Shown here: positions 1 to 9,285 of the stretch, piece after piece | Layout of the letters: each line of letters starts with the position of its first letter | Position numbering within the stretch: the stretch's first letter is position 1 | The notes under the pieces: model-generated | Told to the model about the DNA's origin: nothing | What the model saw: the letters and a program-made list of their open reading frames with translations, nothing else | The model's database searches: none | Source: Lentisphaeraceae bacterium | GTDB taxonomy: Bacteria > Verrucomicrobiota > Kiritimatiellia > RFP12 > DVOR01 | Assembly: GCA_004555175.1 (NCBI GenBank) | Contig: SFJE01000002.1 | Coordinates: 32,333 to 96,332, forward strand | Direction: 5' to 3' | DNA length: 64,000 nt | Translations under genes and position numbers: made by a program

Positions 1-8
1 AATATGCC

Positions 9-980
9 TTAAATCATTGCTTCACGCTGCGCGTCAATGCTCTCCTGCAGACGCTTCGCGTAATCATCCAGCGCCTTCAGGATGGTCTTGGCCGGCGCCT
101 CGCGCTGAATCATCTGCGCTTCGCGGTCATCATCCTTCTCCAGCGACTCCTTGTTCAAAATCGTCTGCACATCGGCCGCGCTCAACTTCATCACTTCAAT
201 CAACGCGCGCAGTTCATCGTCATTCAACTTGCCCCACTGCTCATCAATCTTACCCGAAAGTGAAGCCAGCTGATCCTGGAGCGTAACCGACTCCGCCTCC
301 AACTGTGTCTTGGTGGCCTGAGCGGTCTCCAGATTCGTCCGCGCCACATCGAGATTGGCGGAAGCCCGCGCGGCAGTATTCTGGGCATTGGCGAGCACCT
401 GCTGGGCCTGCGCCAGATTTGCCTGCGCCTGCGCTTGACGGGCCGCGAAGTCGGCATCGCTCTCATCAGGCGCCTGCGTCAGTCCATCGAGCTCGGCCTG
501 GGCATTATCGACAAAGCCCTGGGCGGTCACCACCTCGTGCTGCGCCCGGTCACTCACCCGCTGAGCGGAGGACACATCGCGCTGGGCCTGCTGAATGATG
601 GTATCCTGGCGCGAAATCTCCTGCTCCTTCGCCGAGATGGCCGCCTCAATCTCCTCCATCTCACGGGCATACTGGTCAATCTTGGTATACGCCTCGGAGT
701 GGGCAGAAGCCTGCTGCGCGTTCATCGCCTCAATCAGATCAAGCACCGATGCCAAGCGCTCGCGCGCCATCTTCAAGCGCTTTTCCTCATCCTCCAACTG
801 CATCTGGGCGAGCAACTTCTCCAAGTCGCCCCCGCCCGCCGCAACGCGCACATTCGCGCCCCCCAGAATCGGGGCAGAGGCCTGCGAGCCGCTCATCTCG
901 GCCACGTTCTCGGCGGCGGAAGCCAGGTTAATCGCCGAGACATTCGCCTTCAAATCCGCTGCATTGACATTCAGTTCCAT
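9..980 (-). CDS. Ala/Gln/Glu-rich coiled-coil protein, function unknown
   Basis: ORF 9..1106 trimmed to the ATG at 978-980, which is preceded by GGAGGA 8 nt upstream. Low-complexity heptad-like sequence, no signal peptide. Confidence 0.5.
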   Translation of the reverse strand: MELNVNAADLKANVSAINLASAAENVAEMSGSQASAPILGGANVRVAAGGGDLEKLLAQMQLEDEEKRLKMARERLASVLDLIEAMNAQQASAHSEAYTKIDQYAREMEEIEAAISAKEQEISRQDTIIQQAQRDVSSAQRVSDRAQHEVVTAQGFVDNAQAELDGLTQAPDESDADFAARQAQAQANLAQAQQVLANAQNTAARASANLDVARTNLETAQATKTQLEAESVTLQDQLASLSGKIDEQWGKLNDDELRALIEVMKLSAADVQTILNKESLEKDDDREAQMIQREAPAKTILKALDDYAKRLQESIDAQREAMI

Positions 981-1071
981 AAACGTATTCCTCCGTTCTG
1001 CGTGGTATACGCACGAATGCCGAGCGAGGTTACAGAAAAAGTTTCGCTCCGTACAACTTTTTATCCGGTCC

Positions 1072-1953
1072 TTAATCCGGCGTGACAAACTCCAAGAGTT
1101 GCCCAAAGACCGCGCCGACGATACCCGGCTCGCTCCGCTTCTCCACCTGCCCCCGCCGCTGCCGGAAGAGCCACCGTAACATCGCCGTATCGCCGAAGGC
1201 TCGCGACCAAATATTATGCCCCGCGTTTGGATATTCGGTGTACTTGGTAGCCACCCCCGTCTGCGAGAGGGCCGCTATCAATCGCCGCGTGCAATCCACT
1301 GGCACCGAACTATCGGCCGAACCGTGAAAGGCCCAAATCGACGTCGTTGCCGCCGCCTTTACTGCCGCCTCCTGCGTTGACCCGCCTCCGCAGACCGGCA
1401 CAGCCGCAGCAAAGTAGTCCGGCCACCGCGCGATGGCATCCCAGGTGCCAAAGCCGCCAAGTGAGTAACCGCCAATGTAGATCCGCTCAGGGTCGGCCAC
1501 GCCCTGACACACCAGTTCGTCCAAGTGCTCCTTGACGGTCTTCAACGCCGGGGCCGGATAGCGCGGCAAGCGGTAATCGGGCTTGAAGGCAATCGTCCGC
1601 ACCCAGGCATTGCCTTGCGTGCACTGCGGCAAGAGGTAGAGCGCGGGGGGAATGGTGCTGTCCACTAGAACCGTCTTGTAGAGCGCGTTGAAGGGGCCTA
1701 ACTGCGCGGCATTATCCTGCCCGCACTCGCCGCTCCCGTGCAACAGCACCACCACTGGCACCGGCAAATCCTTGGGCTGATACTTCCGCCAAACCCGCAC
1801 CGGCATTGTCTCGCCAAAGGCGTTGGTAAGCACCTCGGCCGAAAACTGCTCAGCCATCGAAAACTGAGCTTCGGCCACCGAGCACGCCAAGAGCCCCCAC
1901 CCTAGGCAAAGCCCTGCCACCACCGAACCGAATCGCCGCAGCCACTTGCCCAT
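1072..1953 (-). CDS. secreted alpha/beta-hydrolase (esterase/depolymerase-like)
   Basis: Signal peptide, GGYSLGG nucleophile elbow (GxSxG), conserved HGSAD and His near the C-terminus. AGGAGG RBS before the ATG at 1953. Confidence 0.7.
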   Translation of the reverse strand: MGKWLRRFGSVVAGLCLGWGLLACSVAEAQFSMAEQFSAEVLTNAFGETMPVRVWRKYQPKDLPVPVVVLLHGSGECGQDNAAQLGPFNALYKTVLVDSTIPPALYLLPQCTQGNAWVRTIAFKPDYRLPRYPAPALKTVKEHLDELVCQGVADPERIYIGGYSLGGFGTWDAIARWPDYFAAAVPVCGGGSTQEAAVKAAATTSIWAFHGSADSSVPVDCTRRLIAALSQTGVATKYTEYPNAGHNIWSRAFGDTAMLRWLFRQRRGQVEKRSEPGIVGAVFGQLLEFVTPD

Positions 1954-1970
1954 CGCCGCCTCCTAGCGCC

Positions 1971-2786
1971 TTAGCGCCGCACCTCCACCTTGCCCCATGC
2001 CTCCAACTTCGAGGCAATGAAGTCCACGCACTGCGCCTGCGCCTCTTTGGCATTGGCGCGTGTGACGGGGATCACCGGCCCGCACGCAAAGCGCACCGGG
2101 ATTTCCGGATTAACCGGTCCAAAATCCTTCGTATACTTTCCCACCCCCAAGAAGGCCGTCTGCCCAGCCACCGGAACCACCGGCACCCCGGCATTCTGGG
2201 CCAACTTCACCCCCAAGGTATTGAAGTGGTGGCAATCAAAGTAGGGCTGCCGCGTCCCCTGCGGATAGAGTAGCACCGAGGCCTTATCCTCCCGAATGAA
2301 GCGCTCGCCCTGCTCCAACACCGCCTTCAAATCCGCGCGCGGGTCCGTCCGCCCCACCGGGATTGCCTTACGCGAGGCAAAGGTCTTGCCCACCCATGGC
2401 ATCCCCAGTAGCGAAGATTTGAGGACAATCGCCACCTCCCCATACGCTAGCAGCAGCGGCGGGAAGGCAAAGGTCTCGTAAAGACTCATGTGGTTTGAGA
2501 CCACCACCACCGGCCCCACCCCCTTCAGTTGGTCGAAGCCCTCCAAGATAACCTCCGTCCCCAGACGCTCGGTCTCCCAAAAGAGGTGGAAGCCACACTC
2601 CTGCCAACGCACATTGTCAAAGGTCCCCCGACGGGCCAACCACCCCCCACGCAACATTGAGCCCCCCAACGCACGCAGATTGAAGGCGAGCGAGGTCATC
2701 ACCCCGGCTTTCCGCGGCTTACCCAACGCCTCCGGCGGCGTCCGATAAGACCCCGTCTCTTGGAACTGCTTGATAAACGCCTCAAC
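1971..2786 (-). CDS. plsC: 1-acyl-sn-glycerol-3-phosphate acyltransferase family (PlsC-like lysophospholipid acyltransferase)
   Basis: NHxSxxE acyltransferase motif I (VVSNHMSLYE) and a YPQGTR motif III-like block. Start chosen at MRNVEAF with an AGGAG RBS; the longer ORF extends to 2966. Confidence 0.65.
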   Translation of the reverse strand, partial: VEAFIKQFQETGSYRTPPEALGKPRKAGVMTSLAFNLRALGGSMLRGGWLARRGTFDNVRWQECGFHLFWETERLGTEVILEGFDQLKGVGPVVVVSNHMSLYETFAFPPLLLAYGEVAIVLKSSLLGMPWVGKTFASRKAIPVGRTDPRADLKAVLEQGERFIREDKASVLLYPQGTRQPYFDCHHFNTLGVKLAQNAGVPVVPVAGQTAFLGVGKYTKDFGPVNPEIPVRFACGPVIPVTRANAKEAQAQCVDFIASKLEAWGKVEVRR

Positions 2787-2854
2787 ATTCCGCATGGCTC
2801 TTCTCCTGACTTCTCTTCGCGCGCGCACGCGCGCTATTATAAGGTTATCCGTTC

Positions 2855-3685
2855 TCAGTTCACCAACTTCTGGGCCACCCGTTGACCCTTGGTCGGAAAG
2901 ATTCCCAACAACGCCTGCTCGGCCACCTGGCGCGTATCCTCCGGGAAGTCCCCGCGCGTCATCCACTTCAAGTATGCGTGCCCCTCATGCGGATCGTTGG
3001 CCAAATCGCGCAACTTCGTCCCCTTCTTCTTCCCAAAGTTCACGCACACCTCGCCATTCATCCACCGCCAACGCCCCTGGCGATCGACATTCAGCGGATC
3101 CTGCGGATTGAACATCCGGTCCAACGCATCCACGCTCCGTGGCAAATCCGGATAGCGCGCCAGCTGCCCCACCAACACCTCCAGCGTGGCCTGCGCATCC
3201 GCTAAGGCCCCATGCGCATCAGCCCCCAAATCGCGATTGCAATAGAACTTCAAGGCCGCCGTCAGGTCGCGCGGCTCACGCTTGTGGTAGATCTTCTGGG
3301 CATCAACAATCGCGCGCCCATCGGGATGGAAGTCGCGAATACCGCAGCGCAGGAACTCCTCGTTGAGGATCTGCGCATCGAAATAGCCCACCGAGAAGCC
3401 TCCCAGGTCGCACCCCTCAAAGAAGGTAAAGATCTCGAAGGCCTTCTCGGCAAAGGTCGGGCAACTGGCCACCTCTGCGTCTGTGATCCCGTGAATAGCA
3501 ATCGATTCCACCGGAATCTTCACCGTGGGATTAAGCAACCAAACCCGGTCATCGCGCGTTCCATCCGGATTCAACCGCAATGCCGCCAACTCAATAATCC
3601 GATCTGCCCGCGGACTAATCCCCGTCGACTCAATATCAAAGACAATCAACGGCCGCCGCAACACTATGGGAAAGTCAAACTTCAT
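2855..3685 (-). CDS. DnaQ-like 3'-5' exonuclease (DEDDh) with C-terminal extension
   Basis: Exo I motif FDIESTG and Exo III motif HGALADA. The ATG lies 7 nt downstream of an extended -10 box, which suggests a leaderless transcript. Confidence 0.8.
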   Translation of the reverse strand: MKFDFPIVLRRPLIVFDIESTGISPRADRIIELAALRLNPDGTRDDRVWLLNPTVKIPVESIAIHGITDAEVASCPTFAEKAFEIFTFFEGCDLGGFSVGYFDAQILNEEFLRCGIRDFHPDGRAIVDAQKIYHKREPRDLTAALKFYCNRDLGADAHGALADAQATLEVLVGQLARYPDLPRSVDALDRMFNPQDPLNVDRQGRWRWMNGEVCVNFGKKKGTKLRDLANDPHEGHAYLKWMTRGDFPEDTRQVAEQALLGIFPTKGQRVAQKLVN

Positions 3686-3692
3686 ACCTCAT

Positions 3693-3707
3693 AGTATAGC
3701 ACATCCC
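3693..3707 (-). promoter_or_regulatory. extended -10 promoter GGATGTGCTATACT, 7 nt upstream of the exonuclease ATG (leaderless-type)
   Basis: Minus-strand sequence GGGATGTGCTATACT-atgaggt-ATG. The same box recurs at 11449, 18448 and 47189. Confidence 0.5.
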
Positions 3708-3977
3708 AGCCCGGCGCGTGAGCCGCTTACCGAAAGGCCACTCCTCCTCCTGCTTTCTGCAGTTCTGTGGCGCGACATATTGGCCGCGCAGCGAGCGCCT
3801 GCCCCAAAGCTCCCGGCCGCTCCAATGGCCGCGCTTTCGCTACTCCTCCGCCGCGGAAATAAGCCGCGATCGGGGCGGGCGCAAATGGGAGCCGCCCGAT
3901 GTTGGGTTGCCCCCGCCGCCCTTTCACGGCCCACAAGGCCCCTCACGCGAGCGACAGCGCACACCTCCGCAGAAAAA

Positions 3978-4172
3978 TGCAGAAGGAAAGGAACGGCGGC
4001 GCGGATTATCACGCGGCGCGGAGAGAACTAACCGCTCGGCGAAGCGCAACTAATAAGGCCCCGTCTTATTGGCAATAAGACCCCGTCTTATTCGCAACAA
4101 GACCCCGTCTTATTGGCAACAAGGCGGGGCCTTATTTATTCAAGTCGCTCGGGAAGCGAGTTAACCCAGCGC
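3978..4172 (+). repeat. interspersed ~195-bp repeat element copy A, with 4 nested AAGACCCCGTCTT-type palindromic units
   Basis: About 97% identical to 30701..30895 in the same orientation. Contains 3 CCCC-type units and 1 GGGG-type unit. Confidence 0.9.
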
Positions 4173-4202
4173 TTCAGATAAGGGTGCAGCGCAAAAAGGG
4201 CT

Positions 4203-4230
4203 TTGCTTTTGGGGTTTGGTTTGCTACAAT
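4203..4230 (+). promoter_or_regulatory. sigma70-like promoter of metK (TTGCTT-N16-TGcTACAAT)
   Basis: -35 TTGCTT at 4203-4208, a 16-nt spacer, and extended -10 TGcTACAAT at 4222-4230. This predicts a 5' UTR of about 165 nt. Confidence 0.5.
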
Positions 4231-4400
4231 GTGCGGCACGTTTGCGTTGATTTGGAAAGCGCTCCGGCTTGCGGACGCAGACGTCTTGGAACTGCACGCT
4301 AAAATGGAGGCACCGGGAGTTTCCCCATGGCGGCGGCAGGACGTGCGAGTGCACGGTCTGTCGTTTTCTTTTGGGGGCTTTGCGGTCCTGAAAGGACACT

Positions 4401-5585
4401 ATGAGCAAGTTGTTGACACGGCACATTTACACCTCGGAATCGGTTTCGGAGGGGCATCCTGACAAGGTGGCCGACGCCATCTCGGACGCGATTTTGGATG
4501 CGTGCCTGGCCTTGGATGATCGCGCGCATGTGGCGTGCGAGACGGCCTGCGGGAAGAATCTGGTGGTGAACCTGGGCGAGATTACTTGCCGGGGCTTTGA
4601 GACGCTGAACACGAAGGCGATTGCCCAGGAGATCATCCGGCGCGTGGGCTATGACAATCCGGCCGAGGGTTTCTGCTGGCAAGACTTTACCTATATCAAT
4701 AACCTGCACACGCAGTCGCCGGACATTAACCAGGGGGTGAGCCGGGCCGACCCGGAGGAGCAGGGCGCAGGCGACCAGGGGATGATGTATGGCTACGCCA
4801 CCAACGAGACACCCGAGTTTCTGCCCCTGCCGGTGGTCTGCTCGCACCGTATCCTTGCGCGCCTGGCCGAACTGCGCCACAGCGGGGCAATTGAGTGGCT
4901 GCGGCCGGACTCCAAGGCGCAGGTCTCGGTGCTCTACGAGGGCGGAAAACCCCAGGAGATTACCTCGGTGGTCTGCTCGCACCAGACGCGGGAAGTGAGC
5001 GAAGAGACCATCCACGCAGGGTTGGAAGCGGTCATCCGCGAGGTGCTCGCACCCACGGGGCTGCTGACGAACCGGACGGCCTTCCACCTAAACCCCACCG
5101 GGCGCTTTGTGATTGGCGGTCCGGCCGGAGACGCAGGAGTGACCGGGCGCAAGATTATCGTGGATACCTACGGCGGCGTGGGCTCGCACGGCGGTGGAGC
5201 CTTTTCGGGGAAGGATCCCTCGAAGGTCGATCGCTCGGCGGCCTACTACGCGCGCTACGCGGCCAAGCAGATTGTCGCGGCGGGGTTGGCCGAGAAGTGC
5301 GAGATTCAGGTGGCCTACGCCATTGGGCTGGCCAAGCCGATGAGCATCAATGTTTCCACCTACGGCACCGGGAAGGTGAGCGAGGAGGCGCTGGCGCAGT
5401 TGCTCCTTTCGGGCGAACTCTTCGACTTCCGCCCCGCCGCACTCATTCGCGACCTAGATCTCACCCACCCCAAGGGCTGGTCCTACTCCGAAAACTGCAC
5501 CTACGGTCACTTCGGCCGCACCATGGTGCCCTGGGAACGCCTCGACCGCGTGGAGGCGCTGCGCGAGGCGTTTGCTACCCGCTAG
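4401..5585 (+). CDS. metK: S-adenosylmethionine synthetase
   Basis: Hallmark SESVSEGHPDK N-terminus and a GGGAFSGKD P-loop; full length at 394 aa. Confidence 0.95.
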   Translation: MSKLLTRHIYTSESVSEGHPDKVADAISDAILDACLALDDRAHVACETACGKNLVVNLGEITCRGFETLNTKAIAQEIIRRVGYDNPAEGFCWQDFTYINNLHTQSPDINQGVSRADPEEQGAGDQGMMYGYATNETPEFLPLPVVCSHRILARLAELRHSGAIEWLRPDSKAQVSVLYEGGKPQEITSVVCSHQTREVSEETIHAGLEAVIREVLAPTGLLTNRTAFHLNPTGRFVIGGPAGDAGVTGRKIIVDTYGGVGSHGGGAFSGKDPSKVDRSAAYYARYAAKQIVAAGLAEKCEIQVAYAIGLAKPMSINVSTYGTGKVSEEALAQLLLSGELFDFRPAALIRDLDLTHPKGWSYSENCTYGHFGRTMVPWERLDRVEALREAFATR

Positions 5586-5606
5586 TGCGGGCAGATAAGA
5601 GATGAA

Positions 5607-5660
5607 AGATGACAGCGGCCTGTCCGTTGAAGGACACGCCCTGTCATCTATTTCTATCAT
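5607..5660 (+). terminator. probable intrinsic terminator after metK
   Basis: Imperfect long hairpin (agatgacagcggcctgtcc ... ggacacgccctgtcatct) followed by a T-rich tract. Confidence 0.5.
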
Positions 5661-5740
5661 CTCCCCTCTATTTTTCTGCAAAGGTCTAACTTTTCTGCTA
5701 TAATGCGGGGCGTTGTATCACCGTTTTGATGGAGAGAGAC

Positions 5741-6001
5741 ATGAGCGCAACAGTGACCGTTGAAATCTGTATGGGCACCACCTGTTATGTGATGGGCAGT
5801 GCTCAATTAGCCGGTATTGCCGAACGCCTGCCGGAAGAGTGGAAGAGCTGCGTGACCGTGAAGGGAATGCGTTGCACTGGCGCTTGCCAGAAGGCTGAGC
5901 AGTTCGGGCGCGCCCCCTTTGTGCGGGTGAATGGCGAGATTATCGCCGAGGCGGACGAGGGGAAGATCCTCTCGGCCATTCGTGCGGCTCTTGAGCAGTA
6001 A
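5741..6001 (+). CDS. thioredoxin-like [2Fe-2S] ferredoxin (NuoE/HndA-like small subunit)
   Basis: Cys pattern CMGTTC ... CTGAC. GGAGAG RBS 5 nt upstream of the ATG at 5741. A TGcTATAAT promoter box lies at 5696-5704. Confidence 0.7.
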   Translation: MSATVTVEICMGTTCYVMGSAQLAGIAERLPEEWKSCVTVKGMRCTGACQKAEQFGRAPFVRVNGEIIAEADEGKILSAIRAALEQ

Positions 6002-6029
6002 TTGAACGCGGACAAAGAGAGGAAGTGTT

Positions 6030-7472
6030 ATGGCTATCCCGATGATTAGCGAAGCCGACCGCCTGCGGCGCGAGGTGCTGGCCTATGTGATTAAGGCTGT
6101 CAAGGCCGGAACCTATGGCGACATTGACCGGATCCCGATTAAGATGCGCCCGAAGGGGCAGCCCTTCTCGCGTTGCTGCATCTATAAGGACCGCGCAGCC
6201 CTGCGTTATCGTTGCATGTCCGCCCTCGGCTTCCGCGTGGAAGATGAAACCGATGAGCTTAAGACGCTCCAATCCTACGCCGAGGACCTAAAGGATAATC
6301 CGCCGGCCGCCGACCCCTTCCTGACCATCTTCCCGGACGCCTGCTCGGCGTGTATGGAATCGCAGATTATGGTCACGAATATGTGCCGCGGCTGCTTGGC
6401 CCGCCCCTGCACCAATATCTGCCCGCGCAAGGCCATTCAAGTGCGCAACGGCCGCGCGCGCATCTCCCACGAGCTGTGCATCAACTGCGGCAAGTGCGCC
6501 GAGGTCTGCCGCTACCACGCCATCATCCAGGTCCCGCTCGCCTGCGCCGATGCCTGCCCCGTGGGCGCCATTGGTAAGACCGATGACGGCCGCGTAACCG
6601 TCGACCACGAAAAGTGCATCCGCTGCGGCAAGTGCATCAAGGCCTGCCCCTTCGCGGCCATTATGCAGAGTAACCAGGTGGCCCATGTGGTCCGCGCCAT
6701 CGCCGAGGGCAAGAAGGTCATCGCCCTGGTCGCCCCCGCCATCAATGGCTTCTTCCCAACCGAGCCCGGCAAGCTCTACACCGCCCTGCGCCAAGTCGGT
6801 TTCTCGGCGGTCTACGAAGTGGCCCGCGGCGGCGATGACACCGCCATTGCCGAGGCGGCCGAGTGGGCCGAACGCAAGGCCGAGGGCGCGCCCTTTATGA
6901 CCACCAGCTGCTGCCCGGCGTGGATTGAGTGCGTGGAGCGTCATATCCCCGAGCTCAAGCCCTACGTCTCCTCCACCCCCACGCCGATGGCCTACACCGA
7001 TAAGCGCGCGAAGGCTGACCATCCGGACGCGGTGACCGTCTTCATCGGCCCGTGCATGGCCAAGCGTACCGAAGCCCACAAGCACGGCTCGCCCGACTAT
7101 GTCATCACCGCCGAGGAGATTGGCGCCTGGTTGATGGCCGAGAACATTCAGCTTGACGACCTGGAAGCCAGCGAGCCCGAGCTCTCCGGCACCCAGTATG
7201 GCGCCGAGTTCGCCATCAGCGGCGGCGTGGCCAACGCTGTGGCCCACTATCTGCCCGAAGGCGTCCCCACCCCGACGGTCTTCAAGATCAACGGCCTCAA
7301 CAAGAAGAACATCGCCCTCCTGCGCGTCTTCGCCAAGACCAAGAAGGCCCCGGCGGAGATTATCGAAGTGATGGTCTGCCCAGGTGGCTGCGTGGCCGGC
7401 CCCTGCGCCATCAACACCCCCGAAGACGCAGCCAAGCTCATCCAGTCTCGCCGCCCTGAAGGCTTCAAGTAA
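6030..7472 (+). CDS. hydA: [FeFe]-hydrogenase catalytic subunit (two F-cluster ferredoxin domains plus H-cluster domain)
   Basis: H-cluster motifs TSCCPAW, GPCMAKRTE (PCxxKxxE) and EVMVCPGGCVAGPC (ExMxCxxGCxxG). Two CxxCxxCxxxCP ferredoxin motifs. An uncharacterized N-terminal extension of about 100 aa. At 480 aa it resembles a large subunit that lacks the C-terminal tail. Confidence 0.8.
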   Translation: MAIPMISEADRLRREVLAYVIKAVKAGTYGDIDRIPIKMRPKGQPFSRCCIYKDRAALRYRCMSALGFRVEDETDELKTLQSYAEDLKDNPPAADPFLTIFPDACSACMESQIMVTNMCRGCLARPCTNICPRKAIQVRNGRARISHELCINCGKCAEVCRYHAIIQVPLACADACPVGAIGKTDDGRVTVDHEKCIRCGKCIKACPFAAIMQSNQVAHVVRAIAEGKKVIALVAPAINGFFPTEPGKLYTALRQVGFSAVYEVARGGDDTAIAEAAEWAERKAEGAPFMTTSCCPAWIECVERHIPELKPYVSSTPTPMAYTDKRAKADHPDAVTVFIGPCMAKRTEAHKHGSPDYVITAEEIGAWLMAENIQLDDLEASEPELSGTQYGAEFAISGGVANAVAHYLPEGVPTPTVFKINGLNKKNIALLRVFAKTKKAPAEIIEVMVCPGGCVAGPCAINTPEDAAKLIQSRRPEGFK

Positions 7473-7473
7473 G

Positions 7474-8820
7474 ATGGCTGGCGATATCGCCTGCATCGGC
7501 GCCGGGTACATCGGCGGCCCCACAATGGCCGTCATTGCCAAGATGTGCCCCGAGCGCCAGGTGTGGGTGGTAGATTGCGACGAAGCAAAGATTGCCGCCT
7601 GGAACTCCGAGGAACTCCCGGTCTACGAGCCGGGCTTGAAGGAAGTTGTGCTCGCCTGCCGCGGGCGCAACCTCTTCTTCTCCACAGACATTGCCGGGGC
7701 CATTCGGCGTTGCGACCTTATCTTCGTGGGCGTGAACACGCCAACCAAGACCTTCGGCGAAGGGGCGGGCTACGCCTCGGACCTGCAGTTCTGGGAGGCG
7801 GCCGCGCGCACCATCGCCGCCGAGGCCAATGGCGACAAGGTGGTCATCGAGAAGTCGACCCTGCCTGTGCGCACGGCCGACGCGATGGCCGCCGTCCTGC
7901 ACACCCACCCGGAACACACCTTCACCGTCCTCTCCAACCCCGAGTTTCTGGCCGAGGGGTCGGCCATTGAGGACCTCCTTCACCCCGACCGCGTGCTCAT
8001 CGGCGGACCCGAAACGCCCGCTGGCCGGGCCGCCGTGGCCGCGCTGACGGAGGTCTATGCCGCGTGGGTCCCGCGCGAGCGCATCCTCACCACGAATGTG
8101 TGGTCGAGCGAACTCTCCAAGTTGGCCGCCAATGCGATGCTCGCCCAGCGCATCTCCTCAATCAACGCCTTCTCGGCCCTTTGCGAGGTGACCGGGGCAG
8201 ACGTTGACGAAGTGGCCAACGTGTTGGGGATGGACCGCCGGATTGGGCCGCACTTCCTCAAGGCCGGCCCCGGCTTCGGCGGCTCGTGCTTCAAGAAGGA
8301 TGTCCTGAGCCTGGTCTACCTCTGCCGCCAGTTCGGCCTCACCGAGTGCGCGGACTACTGGGAAGGAGTCATCCGGATGAACGAGCGCCAGCAGCGGCGC
8401 ATCGTCGAGCGCACGGTCCACGCCCTCTTCAACACCCTCTCGGGCAAGCGCCTGGCCCTCTTCGGCTTCGCCTTCAAGGCCAACACCGGCGACACGCGCG
8501 AGACCCCGGCCTTGGCCATCGCCCGCCGCCTCCTCGAAGAGCGCGCCCAGCTCGTCATCACCGACCCCCGCGCCCTCCCCAACGCGCGGCGGGACCTCGC
8601 GGGCGAGGCGGTCGACTTCTGTGAAGACCCCTACCGCGCGGCTGAGGGGGCCGATGCCATCCTGATCTTGACCGAGTGGGCCGAGTATCGCGCGTTGGAC
8701 TGGGCGCGCATCTACCGCGCCATGCGCAAGCCCGCTCTTCTCTTCGACACGCGTAACCTCTTCGACCAGGCCGCCCTCAAAGCCCTTGGCTTCCGCGTCC
8801 TGGCCGTAGGCAAGCCCTAA
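7474..8820 (+). CDS. ugd: UDP-glucose 6-dehydrogenase
   Basis: GAGYIGG Rossmann motif and catalytic GGSCFKKD. The ATG is 1 nt after the hydA stop. Confidence 0.9.
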   Translation: MAGDIACIGAGYIGGPTMAVIAKMCPERQVWVVDCDEAKIAAWNSEELPVYEPGLKEVVLACRGRNLFFSTDIAGAIRRCDLIFVGVNTPTKTFGEGAGYASDLQFWEAAARTIAAEANGDKVVIEKSTLPVRTADAMAAVLHTHPEHTFTVLSNPEFLAEGSAIEDLLHPDRVLIGGPETPAGRAAVAALTEVYAAWVPRERILTTNVWSSELSKLAANAMLAQRISSINAFSALCEVTGADVDEVANVLGMDRRIGPHFLKAGPGFGGSCFKKDVLSLVYLCRQFGLTECADYWEGVIRMNERQQRRIVERTVHALFNTLSGKRLALFGFAFKANTGDTRETPALAIARRLLEERAQLVITDPRALPNARRDLAGEAVDFCEDPYRAAEGADAILILTEWAEYRALDWARIYRAMRKPALLFDTRNLFDQAALKALGFRVLAVGKP

Positions 8821-8832
8821 GGGATTCCGCCA

Positions 8833-9279
8833 ATGACCTCCTCTGACCCCGCAGCCGAGGCCGCCGCGCTCTTTACCGGCGGCTATTCTTGTGCCCAAGC
8901 GGTCCTCGCCGCGTGCGGACCGGCCTTGGGGCTCGACCGCGCCACGGCCCTACGCCTGGCCAGCGGCCTCGGGGCCGGTCTGGGCGGTCTGCGCGAAACC
9001 TGCGGGGCCGTGACGGCGATGGCCGCGGTGCTCGGTCTGCGCCACGGCACCACCGAGCCAATGGATGCCAAGACAAAGGCCGCCCTATACAAGGAGGTCC
9101 AGGCCGCGATTGCCGACTTCGAGGCCACCTTTGCCACGCACAACTGCCGCGAGCTCCTGCGCCGGGCCTCCATCGAGAAGCAAGCCGGCGTGGCCCCGGA
9201 GGAGCGCTCGGCGGCCTACTACGCCAAGCGCCCGTGCGAAGCCTTTGTCCGCTTCTGCGCCCAACGCGCCCTCCAATAG
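8833..9279 (+). CDS. C_GCAxxG_C_C family putative redox-active protein
   Basis: Conserved SCAQAVLAAC and TCGAVT Cys motifs typical of the family. Confidence 0.65.
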   Translation: MTSSDPAAEAAALFTGGYSCAQAVLAACGPALGLDRATALRLASGLGAGLGGLRETCGAVTAMAAVLGLRHGTTEPMDAKTKAALYKEVQAAIADFEATFATHNCRELLRRASIEKQAGVAPEERSAAYYAKRPCEAFVRFCAQRALQ

Positions 9280-9285
9280 CCATCT

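Noticed and set aside
4237-4400. Calling the metK leader a SAM-I riboswitch outright
   Set aside because: Only a short GGAGGcAC/GGGAG resemblance was seen. The P1-P4 consensus could not be reconstructed by eye, so this is left as a candidate needing a covariance-model search.
4136-4426. ORFs 4136-4426(-) and 30859-31080(-) sharing a WVNSLPERLE C-terminus
   Set aside because: The shared peptide is simply a translation of the repeat element. These are not paralogous genes.
6288-7541. Long antisense and alternate-frame ORFs such as 6288-7541(-), 4299-5087(-), 19646-20572(-), 48803-50872(-), 52396-54174(-), 55980-58034(+), 45387-46634(+)
   Set aside because: These are typical stop-poor shadow frames of high-GC DNA. 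Each lies entirely inside a well-supported gene on the other strand or frame, and their compositions are Arg/Pro/Gly/Ala-rich.
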